A stretch of 64,000 nucleotides of DNA from Octopus sinensis. Its lineage: Eukaryota. Under the pieces are notes generated by a model that saw only the letters and a list, made by a program, of their open reading frames with translations, was not told the origin of the DNA and did no database searches. Where the stretch lies: NCBI RefSeq assembly GCF_006345805.1, contig NC_043022.1, positions 23,684,001 through 23,748,000 of the forward strand, in the 5' to 3' direction. Below are positions 24,433-36,675 of the stretch, one piece after another; the first letter of the stretch is position 1; the number at the start of each line of letters is the position of its first letter. Both the position numbers and the translations under genes were made by a program.

Positions 24433-25316
24433 TCTACACACACACACATATATATATACACGTGTGAGTATTGACACAATCTATATGATCCATATAAACT
24501 GATATGCGTGCACACACATATGCAGCAATAAGTAAACTTAACACTGCTACAGTAGGTTGATAGATTCAAGTTTACCTGTTGAGTAGCTCAAAATATAACA
24601 CAATAATACTTACCATAACATCCCCTTACCACTCATTAATATCAATATTTTAACTAATCACTATATTTATTATCCTCTAGTGTCTTTTCAGTGATATCTT
24701 CATCATATTTTTCTCTATATATATTCCTCCTTTATTCCACTTTACTATTATATGCTAGAATCTCTATATGTGCTTAGATTTTTCACATTCACCTCATTAA
24801 TTGTAGTATTTTCATTACACCTTGTACTTGCTTTTAAGTAGATGCAAAAATGTCAAGGTGGATACACTCAACTTTTGAGGTCAAGTTCACTGCAACATAG
24901 TTCCTTGTATTTTGAGCAAACTCCATAATTCTAGATTCTTCACTTTATATATCAGTGTGTAAAGAGAAACAAATTCTTCAGTGAATACTTTCTGAGACAG
25001 ATTGACACCTTGTCCAAAGGTAGATCTATCCTTCATTCATTAAATATTTAAAAGCTAAATTATGACATCAGTTCCTAAAAAGTCTGTGTTTTTTTTTTAA
25101 TTAATTCTATGATTGAGCAGAAAATTCTTTGATTCACAGAGAAAAATATTTGCAATGTTCTGTGAAAGAATATTTGGTTTTTGATGATTTTGTGGTGGAA
25201 AATTGGTGGGTGGGGGAGCAAGAATTTCATTATGGCAAATGATATGTTCTCAGATGCTCTTTACCAAAATTCCACCACTTATCTCATTTTGATATTTGGT
25301 GTTACAATAATTCCAG

Positions 25317-25370
25317 ATGAATGCAATGAGTCTAAGACAGATTCAAAACAGAATCAAGAAGAGAAGACAG
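25317..25370 (+). CDS. SMTN-like: 54-nt exon (D)ECNESKTDSKQNQEEKT
   Basis: TAATTCCAG acceptor, GTAATA donor, phase 1-1, open, purine-rich. Confidence 0.7.
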
Positions 25371-26361
25371 GTAATACTTTCAGTTGGATGCTGTGATATC
25401 AAGTTTGGTAGATAATTTTAGAAAACTACTTTTTTGTTTTATAGGAATGGATGGTGGTATTGGGGGTGGGGATAGGTAGCGAATTACCTAGGCAACATTA
25501 TGCTTGAAAAACATCGTTAAGTAGAAGGCTAATATACTTAATGCAGTGAGCCATAAAATGCTTGGTTTATTAAGATTACACTTGTGGATAATTGTCATTG
25601 ATCCAGAATCTGGCAAATAGTGGTGAGACTATTTGTTGCTGAAGAAGTCTAAAGAGATCAGAACATATTCAGAGTTATACAACTTACCAAAGATCTGACT
25701 CACTCCCTTCACTTTATGTCTACATGAAAAATTTTAATCAATTTAAATTTTGAAGTTACCTCCCTTGGCAAGGATTAATCATTAAAGCTAACAATTTAAT
25801 TTATTTTTCCTCACTACTATTTTTTTTTTTAATTAAGTAAAAACTTTTGTGTCTTGTTGCATTAAGCATATTATCACTCCTCCCACATATTTTTTAATAT
25901 TTTTAAAATTTAATTTTTTGTTTAGTGGTGCCATTTCATATATCTTTAAAAAAAATTATTCTTTCCTTAGTAGTAATGTTTGAGAGATCCTTCTAGAAAG
26001 ATCTTATTTTGTTTTTCCTATTTTTAGTTGTTTCTTCATTTTTAGTACTTTAGTATGGATTTTCTTTTTAGTTCATTTTGATATTTCATTATTTTTACTT
26101 TGCATTGCATGTCTTTTTTTTTCATTAGCCCCAATGATATGACTAAATGTAGACTGATTTCAAATTATAGTGTACAAAGAATTCATATGGAAATTATAGT
26201 CAATAGTATCTTTGACTAAAACCAGGTTGTTGTTTTCTCCATCTAATACAGGCGCTATGAACTTTCTCCATCAGACATAGGTGTTATGAAATTAATGCAT
26301 CCAAGTAAAATTGTGGAGATGGTAGATATTGGTATGTCATTACAAAGATTGTTGTACATAA

Positions 26362-27106
26362 ATGCTGAGGCACCACTTAGAAGGGTTTAGTCAAATGAAT
26401 CAACTCCAGTGCTTATTTTTAAGTCTGGTATTTATTCTATTGGTCTCTTTTGCAGAACTGCTAACTAATGAGGACATAAACAAATCAACAATGGTTGTCA
26501 AGAAGTGGTGGGGAACAAACACAAAGACATACACACACACATCTTTTAGTTTCTGTTTACTAAATTCACTCACAAGGCTTTGGTCAAACCAAGGCTGTAA
26601 TAGAAGACACATGCCCAAGGTTCCACACTGTGGGATTGAACTCAGGACCATGTGGCTGGGAAATAAGCTTCTTACCCACACAGCTATATCTGCACTTATC
26701 TTTATCCTTTATTTTTTACTTGTTTCAGTCATTAGACTGCAGACATGCTGGGGCACAGTTTTGAAGAATTTCTTAGTCACCTGTATCAAACTAAGTACTT
26801 ATTTTTTTAAAGCCTGGTACTTGTTCTTCCAGTCTCTGTTGCTGAACCACTAAGCTATAGGGACATAAACAAACCAACACTGGTTGTCAAGCAGTGCAGG
26901 TGGGTGCATGGAAAAATACAGACACACACACACACATACATATGGCAGGCTTCTTTCAGTTTCCTTCTACCAAGTCCACTCACCCGGCTTTCTTTGGCTA
27001 AGACAACAGTGGGAGATACTTGCCCTAGGTGACACACAGTAAGACTAAACCTAGGGCCATGTCGTTGAGAAACAAGAAACTTTTCCACATAGCCACGCCT
27101 GCACCT
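26362..27106 (-). mobile_element. Two SINE family A copies in tandem (26362-26695; 26700-27106)
   Basis: Each has tail, central (CA)n and head in the same orientation. Confidence 0.75.
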
Positions 27107-27874
27107 AATTGACCCCACTGAAGGATAAAAGGGCAAGGTTGATTTGAGTGAGATTTGAACTGCAAAGAAATGTAATTAAAATATTGCTAAGCAATTTAGT
27201 TCACCCCTCCATTCTTCCATGGCATGGCACGATACTATTTCTGCCACACCTACTGCATAAATAAACAGAGGTTGCAAGTAGTAGTAGCAGTGGTAGTAGT
27301 GGTTAGTAAGTAAGTAATGGGTTGTGATCTTTAAAAGGTCACTGACAAACAGGGTTATTGTTACTAGGTGTCATCTTATTGTTGGTGTTTTGAAAGAGTC
27401 TTGTTTACCATACCAAAAAGTCATTCTGGAAATAAACGCACACACGATCAGTGTGATGTGTGTGTCTATACAGTATATACACATACACACACTCATGTTT
27501 TAAGTACTATTTTTGCCTGTTTGCAGCACCACACCTATATACATATAATATATGTGTGTGTGTGTGTGCGTGTATTTACAGATGTACCTCAACTTACAAC
27601 AATGTAGCATGAAAATAAATCTTTAAAAAACTTTATTAGCTTGTATATGTTTTAATAAATGGTTTGTACATATTTTCACATATATTTTATTTGATTTTCC
27701 ATTCAGTATTAGATTTTAGGTGTTTTTTCTAGTTTGTCTGCTTTTAAATATCTTCGCTGAGACCAACATGAAGTTGGATAAATTGACTGAAGTTTAGACT
27801 TTTTGAAAATTTCTTAAAAGAAAAGATATAAAGTTGAAAATACATAACTTGAAATGATTTAAATTGATGTATAC

Positions 27875-27954
<80 letters not shown>

Positions 27955-28769
27955 TTATATGTGGATGCATATATATAATATATATGCAAGTGCATGTATT
28001 CATGTATGTATATATGTGTGGGCGTGTGCGTGCGTTTGTATGTGTAGGTGTATACATTAGTGTGCTAGAATTTTAAAATGTCACAAGAGCCTGGTTAAAA
28101 TGTTACTGAGTCTGGGGTGATGATCTCTTTCTTTATCACTCTCTGTGTATGTGTTTGTGTGAATAGGACTTTATTTAACTTGACATCTGAATGTTTTACA
28201 GAAAAAAGTGGTGATAGGTTTGGGTACAGGCACGTTGATAGGTTATAAAGACCTCTTCAGAATTACAAAATCACAGTTTCAAATCCTCTGCATGATATCT
28301 TGGGCAAGCACTTTCTACTATATACTTGAATTGAGCCAAGCTTTTTGAATGGAACTAGTTTGAGCTTTCTTTATGGTAGGGTTTCACATATGTAATATGG
28401 TGAGTTAAATCATTTTGATGAACTGAGATTAGCCCTGCAATAAGATAACAAAAACTCCCTTTAGACATGATATTGCCCGCTAATCTTCATAATCAGTAAT
28501 CTCCAACATCTGAATATATGCATGGTTTAGTAAAGACCACAGCTGACTTTATTCCAGGCAAACACTACAAGGTAGAGAGAAAACAATAACTGTCTCAATT
28601 AACAACATTTGATTGGTACTTTTTTTTATATTAGCTTTTTGTTGTCATTATTTTAACCAATTTTTTTTTGTTTTGTTTCATTTCAGTTTCAAAATTGTAA
28701 TTACTGAAACTATGGTCAGTTTAATGAATTAAAATTAAAAATAACATCACACAAAAAATAAACAAATAT

Positions 28770-28891
28770 ATTTTTTGGTATATCATGTTGAAAGCACCAG
28801 TTCTCATTTGATCACCTAAGTTAAGCAGTGTCATGACTTGTTAGTACTTAGACAGGTGACCACTTGGGAAACCTAGGTGCTGTAACCATTT
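28770..28891 (+). pseudogene. Degenerate 5S rRNA copy
   Basis: ...atcatgttgaaagcaccagttctcatttgatcacctaagttaagcagtgtcatgacttgttagtacttagacaggtgaccacttgggaaacctaggtgctgtaacc... is colinear with metazoan 5S rRNA (GATCACCGAAGTTAAGC, GTTAGTACTTGGATGGGTGACC, GGGAATACCGGGTGCTGT) with many CpG-decay changes. Confidence 0.85.
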
Positions 28892-28904
28892 CCCACTTTT
28901 TAGG

Positions 28905-29295
28905 TGCAGGTGTGGTGGTATGGTCAGAAGTTTGCTTTTCAACCACATGGTTCCAGTTCTGTTATGTAGCACTTTGGGCTGATCAACGCCTTTCATGTGG
29001 ATTTGGTTAACAAAAACTGATAAAAGCCTGTGATATGTATGTGTGTGTGTGTTTTCGTGTTTGTGTTCATCCCCTGTAACTTAGAAGTTCAGCAACAAAG
29101 ACTGATAGAGTAAGTAACAGGTTTAAAAAATAATTACATATATGATGGGCTTCATTCAGTTTCTGTCTGCCAAATCTATTTGCAAAGGCTTTGGTTGGCC
29201 CGAGGCTATAGTAGAAAACACTTTCCAAAGCTGCCATGGAGTGGTATATAGTTGAGAAGTACACTTCTTACCACACAGTCATGCTTGCACCTAAG
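28905..29295. mobile_element. SINE family A: + copy (28905-29130) and - head (29140-29295)
   Basis: GTGTGGTGGTATGGTCAG...GTGGATTTGG and its reverse complement. Confidence 0.6.
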
Positions 29296-29518
29296 TTAAA
29301 GCTATTTTTTTATTTTAATTCATATATTGACAGAATATCACTAATTTCATATCAATTTTTCAGAGTATCTTCAACCTGCTTTCAGTCAATGTAAGTCACT
29401 AGCAGAATCACCCACCTTGTTCAAATCTGCTGAGCTGCAGCACACTGGTCTCTGATGATGTGTCTATAGTAATATGTTAAATGTATTAATTTTCATGATT
29501 TCTGTTGTATGATTGCAG

Positions 29519-29563
29519 ATACACAGACTGTGGTCACCAAAGATGGTAGTGGTGGTATGAAAG
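29519..29563 (+). CDS. SMTN-like: 45-nt exon (D)TQTVVTKDGSGGMK
   Basis: TTGCAG acceptor, AAG|GTATGC donor, phase 1-1. Confidence 0.75.
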
Positions 29564-29799
29564 GTATGCATCCTCTCTCTTCATATATCATCCAGTGTTT
29601 TAAATCTGGGTTTTGTCCCCATTAATGGGGGTAGCTGGATCTTTACCATGATTTTTAAGAAATGTGGCGGAAAACTAGCTCAGGAATGTATGGACACTAC
29701 TCCCTGAGACCCCTTTCGAAGCCCCGCTACCTGTATGCATGTATATATATATATATACATGCATGCATGGAAGATGGACGTTAAATGATGATAATGATG

Positions 29800-29837
<38 letters not shown>

Positions 29838-29850
29838 TTATGTACATATA

Positions 29851-30725
29851 CGAGATGGTATTAAAACATTCTCAGACTAGTTATGTTTTTTGAAAAATAA
29901 CTTTTTTTTACCAAAGTTTAACATCCTCTCCAAAAATAGTCACCTTGTGCAGCAATACACCAGTCACAGCATTCCTGCCACTTTTGGAATCCACCCTGGA
30001 AGTCGTTTTCCATAAGCGAGTCAAGGACCTTCTGTGATTTATTCTGGACCTTGATAACAGTGTTAAAATGGTGACCTTTAAGCTGCATTTTCATCTTGTG
30101 GAAGAGATGAAAGTCTGTAGGTGCTAAATCTGGTGAATAGGGTGGGTGTGGAAGTGACACCATGTTACTTTTGGTGACAAACTTATGAGTGAAGGGAGCT
30201 CAGTGACATGAAGAATCCAATTCTTTGCACACTGCAGATCTGGTTTCTTTCACTCAACCTCTTCCCTCAAATGCTTCAGAACGTCACAGTAGAACCCTCA
30301 ATTGATGGTCTGGCCCTGGAGGATGAATTCTCAATGTACAGTACCACATTTCTGGGGGTGATGCTTGTGGAAGGTCTTCCAGGGATGTTCTTCTTCTTTT
30401 GAAGTGCCCATACCACTCAAAACATTGTATACGACCCGTTACCTCATTGCTGTCAGCCCTCCAAAGCATGCTCAATGTCTCTGTAGTAGACTTCCTAAGT
30501 TTAACACAAAATCTCATGCTGGTTCTTTGTTCCTGTCCATGACAAAATCACAGACTACAGCATACATGTAATCACAAAAACAAATTTCACAACTTGTGAA
30601 GTAAACACAGCAATTTCACTCAACACACTGCCTCAGGAAAGTCACTTCTAGCTCTCGCTGTGCACGCAACCATGTGCTGCCATCTGTTAGCATGCTACAG
30701 AATTATTCTGGGAACTTTTGGATAC
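29851..30725 (-). mobile_element. Internally deleted mariner (DD34D-type) transposon
   Basis: ORFs 30284..30517 (RFCVKLRKSTTET...EWYGHFK, HTH) and 29918..30163 (LPHPPYSPDLAPTDFHLF...GDYF); degenerate TIRs gtattaaaacattctcagact / gtatccaaaagttcccagaat; TA at left end. Confidence 0.85.
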
Positions 30726-30755
30726 ATGCATGCATGCATGCATACATGCATACAT

Positions 30756-31051
30756 AATTTACTCTTTAGTATTTCAAGATATTTTTATGTAATTTTAATT
30801 TAGATGACAGTTTATTCACCGCACTCTGTACTCTGTATGTATGTATGTGTGTATGTATGTATGTATGTATGTATGTACGTATGCATGTATGTATGCATGC
30901 ATGCATACATACATACATACATATGTAAAGAGTGCGGTGAATAAACTGTCATCTAAATTATGCAAAACTGAAAATAACAAAGACATCTCATTTTAACAGA
31001 CAAATTTACCAAAATTACATAAAAATATCTTGAAATACTAAAGAGTAAATT
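30756..31051. repeat. Fold-back: 72-bp maT terminus inverted against the maT copy, with a (TATG)n/(CATA)n spacer
   Basis: Reverse complement of 30756-30827 equals 30929-30960 + 31012-31051. Confidence 0.85.
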
Positions 31052-31555
31052 TATTCAATAAAATCGCCATTGGCTTCAACTATGCCCTCCAGATGACTTT
31101 GGAATCTCCTATAACTTTTCTGGATGCTCTCCTTGTTTAAGTTGGTGAATGCTGCCATAATCCTTGCCTTCACTTCATCTTTGGTGTTACAAGGTGTTTT
31201 GTTGGTCTCTCACTCAACTGCGCTCCACACATAATAATCAAGGGGGTTGCAGTCTGGAGAGTTAGGTGGCCAGATGTTAGGGGTGATGTGGTCGCAGAAA
31301 TTGTCTGACAGCCATGACTGAGTTCTCCTGCTTGTGTGACATGGTGCAGAGTCCTGTTGCCAGACATAGGGTTTTCCAGCAGCCACCCTCTTGACTCAGG
31401 GCAGCACTACCTCCTCCAGGTGCTTGATGTAGGCATTTGTGTTGAGTGTGAGGCTGTGTGGGAAGATGAATGGAGGCATAACGTCGCCATCACTAGTGAT
31501 CACTCAAAACACCATGATGTTGACTGGATTGATTTTTATCACTTTCGGTACATGT
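30929..31555 (-). mobile_element. 3' half of a DD37D (maT-type) Tc1/mariner transposon
   Basis: Minus strand reads WQQDSAPCHTSRRTQSWLSDNFCDHITPNIWPPNSPDCNPLDYYVW, with 37 residues between the 2nd and 3rd catalytic Asp; in-frame stops present. Confidence 0.85.
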
Positions 31556-31559
31556 CCTC

Positions 31560-31800
31560 AGATTGATACCCAAACACTCATACTCTGGAGCATTTCATAT
31601 GTTTCTGTGGCATTTTCTCCTAATTTAACACAAAACCTTATTGCATAGCAAGTTTCCAAATTGTCTTCACATCCTGATTGTATTCTGCAAACTAGTCAGC
31701 TATGACAAGCAGTGTTTAGTAGGGTGTGTCCAAAGTGCTGTTACAGCCATCTCCTTCAATCTGGAATAAAATGTTTGTAGGTCAGCTTATTAGATGTATA
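31560..31800 (-). mobile_element. 5' fragment of a mariner transposase
   Basis: Minus strand reads EDNLETCYAIRFCVKLGENATETYEMLQ (mariner N-terminal HTH pattern). Confidence 0.65.
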
Positions 31801-31903
31801 GTAAAGCTATACTAAAATTACAGTAATCTACAACAGTTATAACTGCCTCTCTTTAAAAAAACCCAAAACTTCTGAAATGTAAATCATGTGTGTGTGTGTG
31901 TAA

Positions 31904-31940
<37 letters not shown>

Positions 31941-32060
31941 CGTGTGTGTGTGTGTAAATATATATGTGTGTGTGTGTGTGTGTTTTAGAAATCAATTTTT
32001 TTCTTGTCCATTTCTATTTTCTTACATTCTCTGATAATCTTTTGTGAAATCTGTTTGCAG

Positions 32061-32135
32061 AATGTACTGAAACCAAAACTGTATCAGCTGATGGAACTAC
32101 AACTACAGTGACCAAAATGACCAAAATTGTTTCAG
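32061..32135 (+). CDS. SMTN-like: 75-nt exon (E)CTETKTVSADGTTTTVTKMTKIVS
   Basis: TTTGCAG acceptor, CAG|GTATCA donor, phase 1-1; resembles the recalled vertebrate smoothelin stretch ADGSAVSTVTKTERLV. Confidence 0.8.
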
Positions 32136-32214
32136 GTATCACTCTGATGTACCCTGTCTCTTGCACAACACTATTTTTATTCCTACCTAACCTAATACTG
32201 CTCCTTAGCCATTA

Positions 32215-32370
32215 CGCAAATGTAGCTCGGTGGTTAACCATATGGTTTGCAGGTTCAATCCCATAGCACTGCGTGGAACCTTTGAGCAAGTGTCTTCTTC
32301 CATAGATTTGGGTCAACCAAAGTCATGCGAGAGATATTTGGTTGAAAGAAACAATATGGAAATCTGTCAC
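32215..32370 (+). mobile_element. SINE family A head
   Basis: GCAGGTTCAATCCC..CCTTTGAGCAAGTGTCTTC. Confidence 0.6.
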
Positions 32371-34057
32371 TGAATGCCATTCCTGTTCTCTGATGGCAAA
32401 CTTATTCTGTAGCACAGTCCACTCTGTTCTTAGCATTTGAGCTGGAACTCTGATCTAAGGGTAACTACTTTTCTTCCTTCCACCAACCTTGAAGGCCTCT
32501 CCAAAAGGAATCACAAGCACTAACTATTTTCCTTTGACTAAGCTATTAAAAAACACATAGAAATGACTTTTTAAGCTGTTAGACTTTTTTTTTTTGCATT
32601 TTATCCACTCCTCTTTTTTTCTTTCCTTATGAAATTCACGCAATTACCCAATGTGTTAGAAATATCGATTAACCCTCCCTTAACTGAGAAGATTCTTTTA
32701 AGAAGTTTCCTTTAAAACTTTAGCATTTAAACTGACCATGTCCAGCCCAAATATTCTGGTTTTGTTCAAAGAGGCCAAATCTGGTGTCTAAAGGGATCTA
32801 AATTTTAAAAACTTCACTTTTAGTATACTAAAAATTAATTGAAATCAAACCTGTGTATTTCAACAGAAATATGTTTACAAACAGTTTAATGAAGGCCTAC
32901 AGATTTATAAAGTGGTGATGGTGGTGGGGGATTAATTGAATCAAGGGAGGGATAAAATGTGATGTCAACCCCAGCTGGATTTGAACAACGGAAACTTTCA
33001 TAAACTAAATACTGCAAATCATTTTGTTCAAGGATCTAATGATTCTACTACCCTAAAGATAGCAAATATATTATTATTGCCAGGAATGTGCCTCAAGTGA
33101 ATCAAAAACTCAGTTTTCAATGACACAAAAGTACCAACGATAATAAGATTCCACTTCATATTTTACTCCAACTGCTGAATCAAAGTGGCTTATGAAGCCC
33201 TTTTTAACCAAAACCCCCATGAGCATTTCCATAAGAAATGGGCCCTTTCATGACCAGTGTAGAATTTAATTTTTTGTTACCATATTTCTTTGTTTCAAGT
33301 AATTTTGAAAACAATGATGAATTTAGTAAAATAATTTTGTCTTTATTTCACTTCTATTTGGGAATATAAATAAACATAAAATTTTGTTACCAATATTTTT
33401 GTTGAAGTATACAGCCTTTCAATTAATTTTTAAAATAATGAAGAATAAAGTAAAATAATTTTGCCATATTAAGTTGGTGTTTGAAACAAATTAACATAAA
33501 ATTTTGAGGGAAGCTTTTAATTTAGATTGCTTTAAAGCAGGAAGTCTATATCAAGTATCCAGGTGCAGTTTGATATCAAAAGGGTTTTGTAAAATATCTT
33601 TGTCATTTATTAACCCTTTTATTTATCAACATCTGATCTGAAATACACAGCCTTGGTTCCAATAAATCTTTAAGATAATGAAGAATTTAGTAAAATAAAC
33701 TTACTATATTAAGTTGGTGTTTGAACATAAATTAGCATGAAATTTTGATGGACGATTTTAGTTTAGATCACTTTAAAATAAGAAGTTTGTTTCATAGAAC
33801 CAGGCTTGGTCTAAGCTGATTTGGTCCCCTTTTAAATCTTTTTTTAACCCAGCAAAGAATAGCCCCACTTCCTACTATTAATAACCCCAATTGTGTTTTA
33901 GTTCTTTGTCCTCCCATTTAATCATTTTCTTTCTACCTTCTCAGCTTCATGACAAATATTTAAAGCAGTCTGTTTGATTAAAAACTGCTATAAAACTTCA
34001 GATTGTTTTTTTTTTCTTTCACATTTTTTTTATCTTCATTGCAAAATTATGTTTCAG

Positions 34058-34138
34058 GCAATCCCTCAATGAGTTCCACAATAATTGCTGGTGGTGCTGG
34101 ATCACAAACCACAACAACTGAAGTACAAACTGCTGCAG
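34058..34138 (+). CDS. SMTN-like: 81-nt exon (G)NPSMSSTIIAGGAGSQTTTTEVQTAA
   Basis: TTTCAG acceptor, CAG|GTAGGC donor, phase 1-1, open. Confidence 0.8.
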
Positions 34139-35094
34139 GTAGGCACATGACCAACTGACCATCTACTAGCAAATCTAATCTCCTTCTCAGTATTGTCAAA
34201 ACCTGATCCTCGGTCTTCCTTTTTAATCCCAGTCTTCCGTTTTAATCTCAATCTTCCTTTTTTGATTTTTGACATGTTCTAATATTGACATCTCATTTTG
34301 ATCTTTGATTTTTTAGTTTAATCTGAGAACCATATTTGAACTTTGACCTATATTTCTTAGACTTTTAGCTCCAAACCTGTTTTGAACTTTGACCTTTATT
34401 TTTCAAACCTAATTTTTCTCTTTTTTTTTTTACCTACCTTATAGTATATCTTCTTTTTGTTTTCAATCCATCCTCTTGATTTTGATCTGTGATTATACCT
34501 TTCAATTTTGATACCTGATTGTTTTGATCCTTAATATTTTTTTAAATTTTTTATTTCGTCTTTTGATCCTTGATTTTAATGATACCTTTAGATTTAGGTC
34601 TTTGACTACTATTAATCTTGATGTAATTTTCCTGCTTTAATTTTAATCTATTGACCATTCTGATTATCATTTATGCAAGATTCATCATTTGATTTTAATT
34701 AATATCTTTAATTTTGATGTTTGACTTCTGATTTTTTTTAAAAACATCTACATCTGTTTTCTTATCTTTGAAGTCTTCATATTATTTACTTATTATTTAT
34801 TCATTAGTAACATTCAATCCTTTCTCATTTACATATATTGATCCCTATTCAAAGTGATCCTTAGACCGATTCTAATTTCTCTTCATGACAATTTCCATAT
34901 TTAGAGATTTGATAACTTTTCAGTTGTGATACTTGACATTTTCCCTTTTTTTTTTCTTTTTAATCTCACTCTTGATCTCCATAAATGATTTAATTGTGAA
35001 GGGATGACACTGCTTGTAGCGACAATCATTTTACAACTATCACATGATGACAAGACAAGGATGCACCAACACACCCACACACACAAACATATAT

Positions 35095-35262
35095 GTAAAA
35101 AGCATCAAGCACCCTCTGTAAAGTGGTTGGTATTGGGAAGAGCATTCAGCTGTAAAACCCATGCCAAAGCAGATGATAGAACTTGGCTCTGTCCTCAGGC
35201 TTGTCAGCTCCTGTCAAACCATCCAACCCAAGCCAGTATGGAAAACATGATAAATGATAATG
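35095..35262 (+). mobile_element. 5'-truncated RTE-like 3' tail
   Basis: Same tail motif. Confidence 0.65.
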
Positions 35263-35264
35263 AT

Positions 35265-35425
35265 ATATACAATAGGTTTCATTCAGTTTCCATCTACCAA
35301 TCCACTCACAAGACTTTGGTTGACCCAAAACTACAATAGAATACACTTGCCCAAGGTGCTGTGCAGTGAGACTGAATCTGAAACTATGTGGTTGGGAAGC
35401 AAACTTCTTAACTACATACAAGTAT
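35265..35425 (-). mobile_element. SINE family A head
   Basis: CCACTCACAAGAC...CACTTGCCCAAGGTGC. Confidence 0.65.
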
Positions 35426-35702
35426 TCACATATGTTCATACATTTGTACATATATGTATATGTAAGTATATAATCTACAAGGGTATTCAAAGTATGCTGA
35501 CAAATAGTTAAACACACACATATATATCTTACAAACACCTCCATATTTCTCTATTTCTCTTTACAGTAAGAACAAATGTAATATGTACACTTCCTTAAAC
35601 ATATGATACAGCATATGTAATTATAATCTGTATATGTTTCAAACATGTCTCCTCATAAAGATGGGCAGTAGAGAAACAGAAGTGAGTTATGAATGTTATT
35701 AC

Positions 35703-35860
<158 letters not shown>

Positions 35861-36417
35861 CCCTGATGCAGTACCAGGCAGTGGCTCTCATGGCTTCTGA
35901 TCTTAACTGATTGGAAGTGTTATCATGTACATTGTTTTGTCTTGGTATAAAAGATGGGCTACAGCAAATATTCTGCTCAATACCACAGATTTGCTTGTCA
36001 GTTGTTTGACCTTAACCAGTTGAGCATGTCCCTTAGTGGCTGACGATATGTGCATCTCTGATCACTGGCAGAAGTAGTGGGGGAGCATCATAGCCGTGTG
36101 TTGAGAGGGATTCTTTTGGGGTTTGAATAGTTCACCTCTGGAAACATGGGTGGTTCTTTCAACATCCTTAAACAACCCTTATTCAGGGACCGTTTGAGCG
36201 GGATGGGCTACTCAACCTGAAGAAAATTCTAACTGGGCCCCACCTGCAAGGTCATGTGCTGTTTATCTTGATATGAGATCACCATGTCGCGCACATATGG
36301 TTGTGATGCATGTGCCTGGTGTACCTTTATCAGACGGGTAGTCATGATGGGTATATTGGGCTTCGTATATTTTACCCCAGTGTCACTTTGATGGCATGAA
36401 CTGCTCTCTCACTCAAC

Positions 36418-36420
<3 letters not shown>
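35861..36420. mobile_element. ~560-bp young interspersed element inserted in an (AAT)n microsatellite
   Basis: GC-richer block with intact CpGs, (AAT)n on both sides; no long ORF; class undetermined. Confidence 0.6.
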
Positions 36421-36449
<29 letters not shown>

Positions 36450-36451
36450 TG

Positions 36452-36494
<43 letters not shown>

Positions 36495-36675
36495 TTTCAA
36501 ATTTTGGCACAAAGCCAGCAATTTCGGAGGAGGTGGGTAACTCAATTACATCGACCTCAGTGTTCAACTGGTACTTATTTTATCAACTCCGAAAAGATGA
36601 AAGGCAAAGTTGACCTCAGCCAAACTACCACTAAGTGTTTCATCCAGCATGCTAACGATTCTGCGAGCTTGATAG
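36495..36675 (-). mobile_element. SINE family D
   Basis: Reverse complement of the 50398 core; abuts (AAT)n. Confidence 0.7.
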
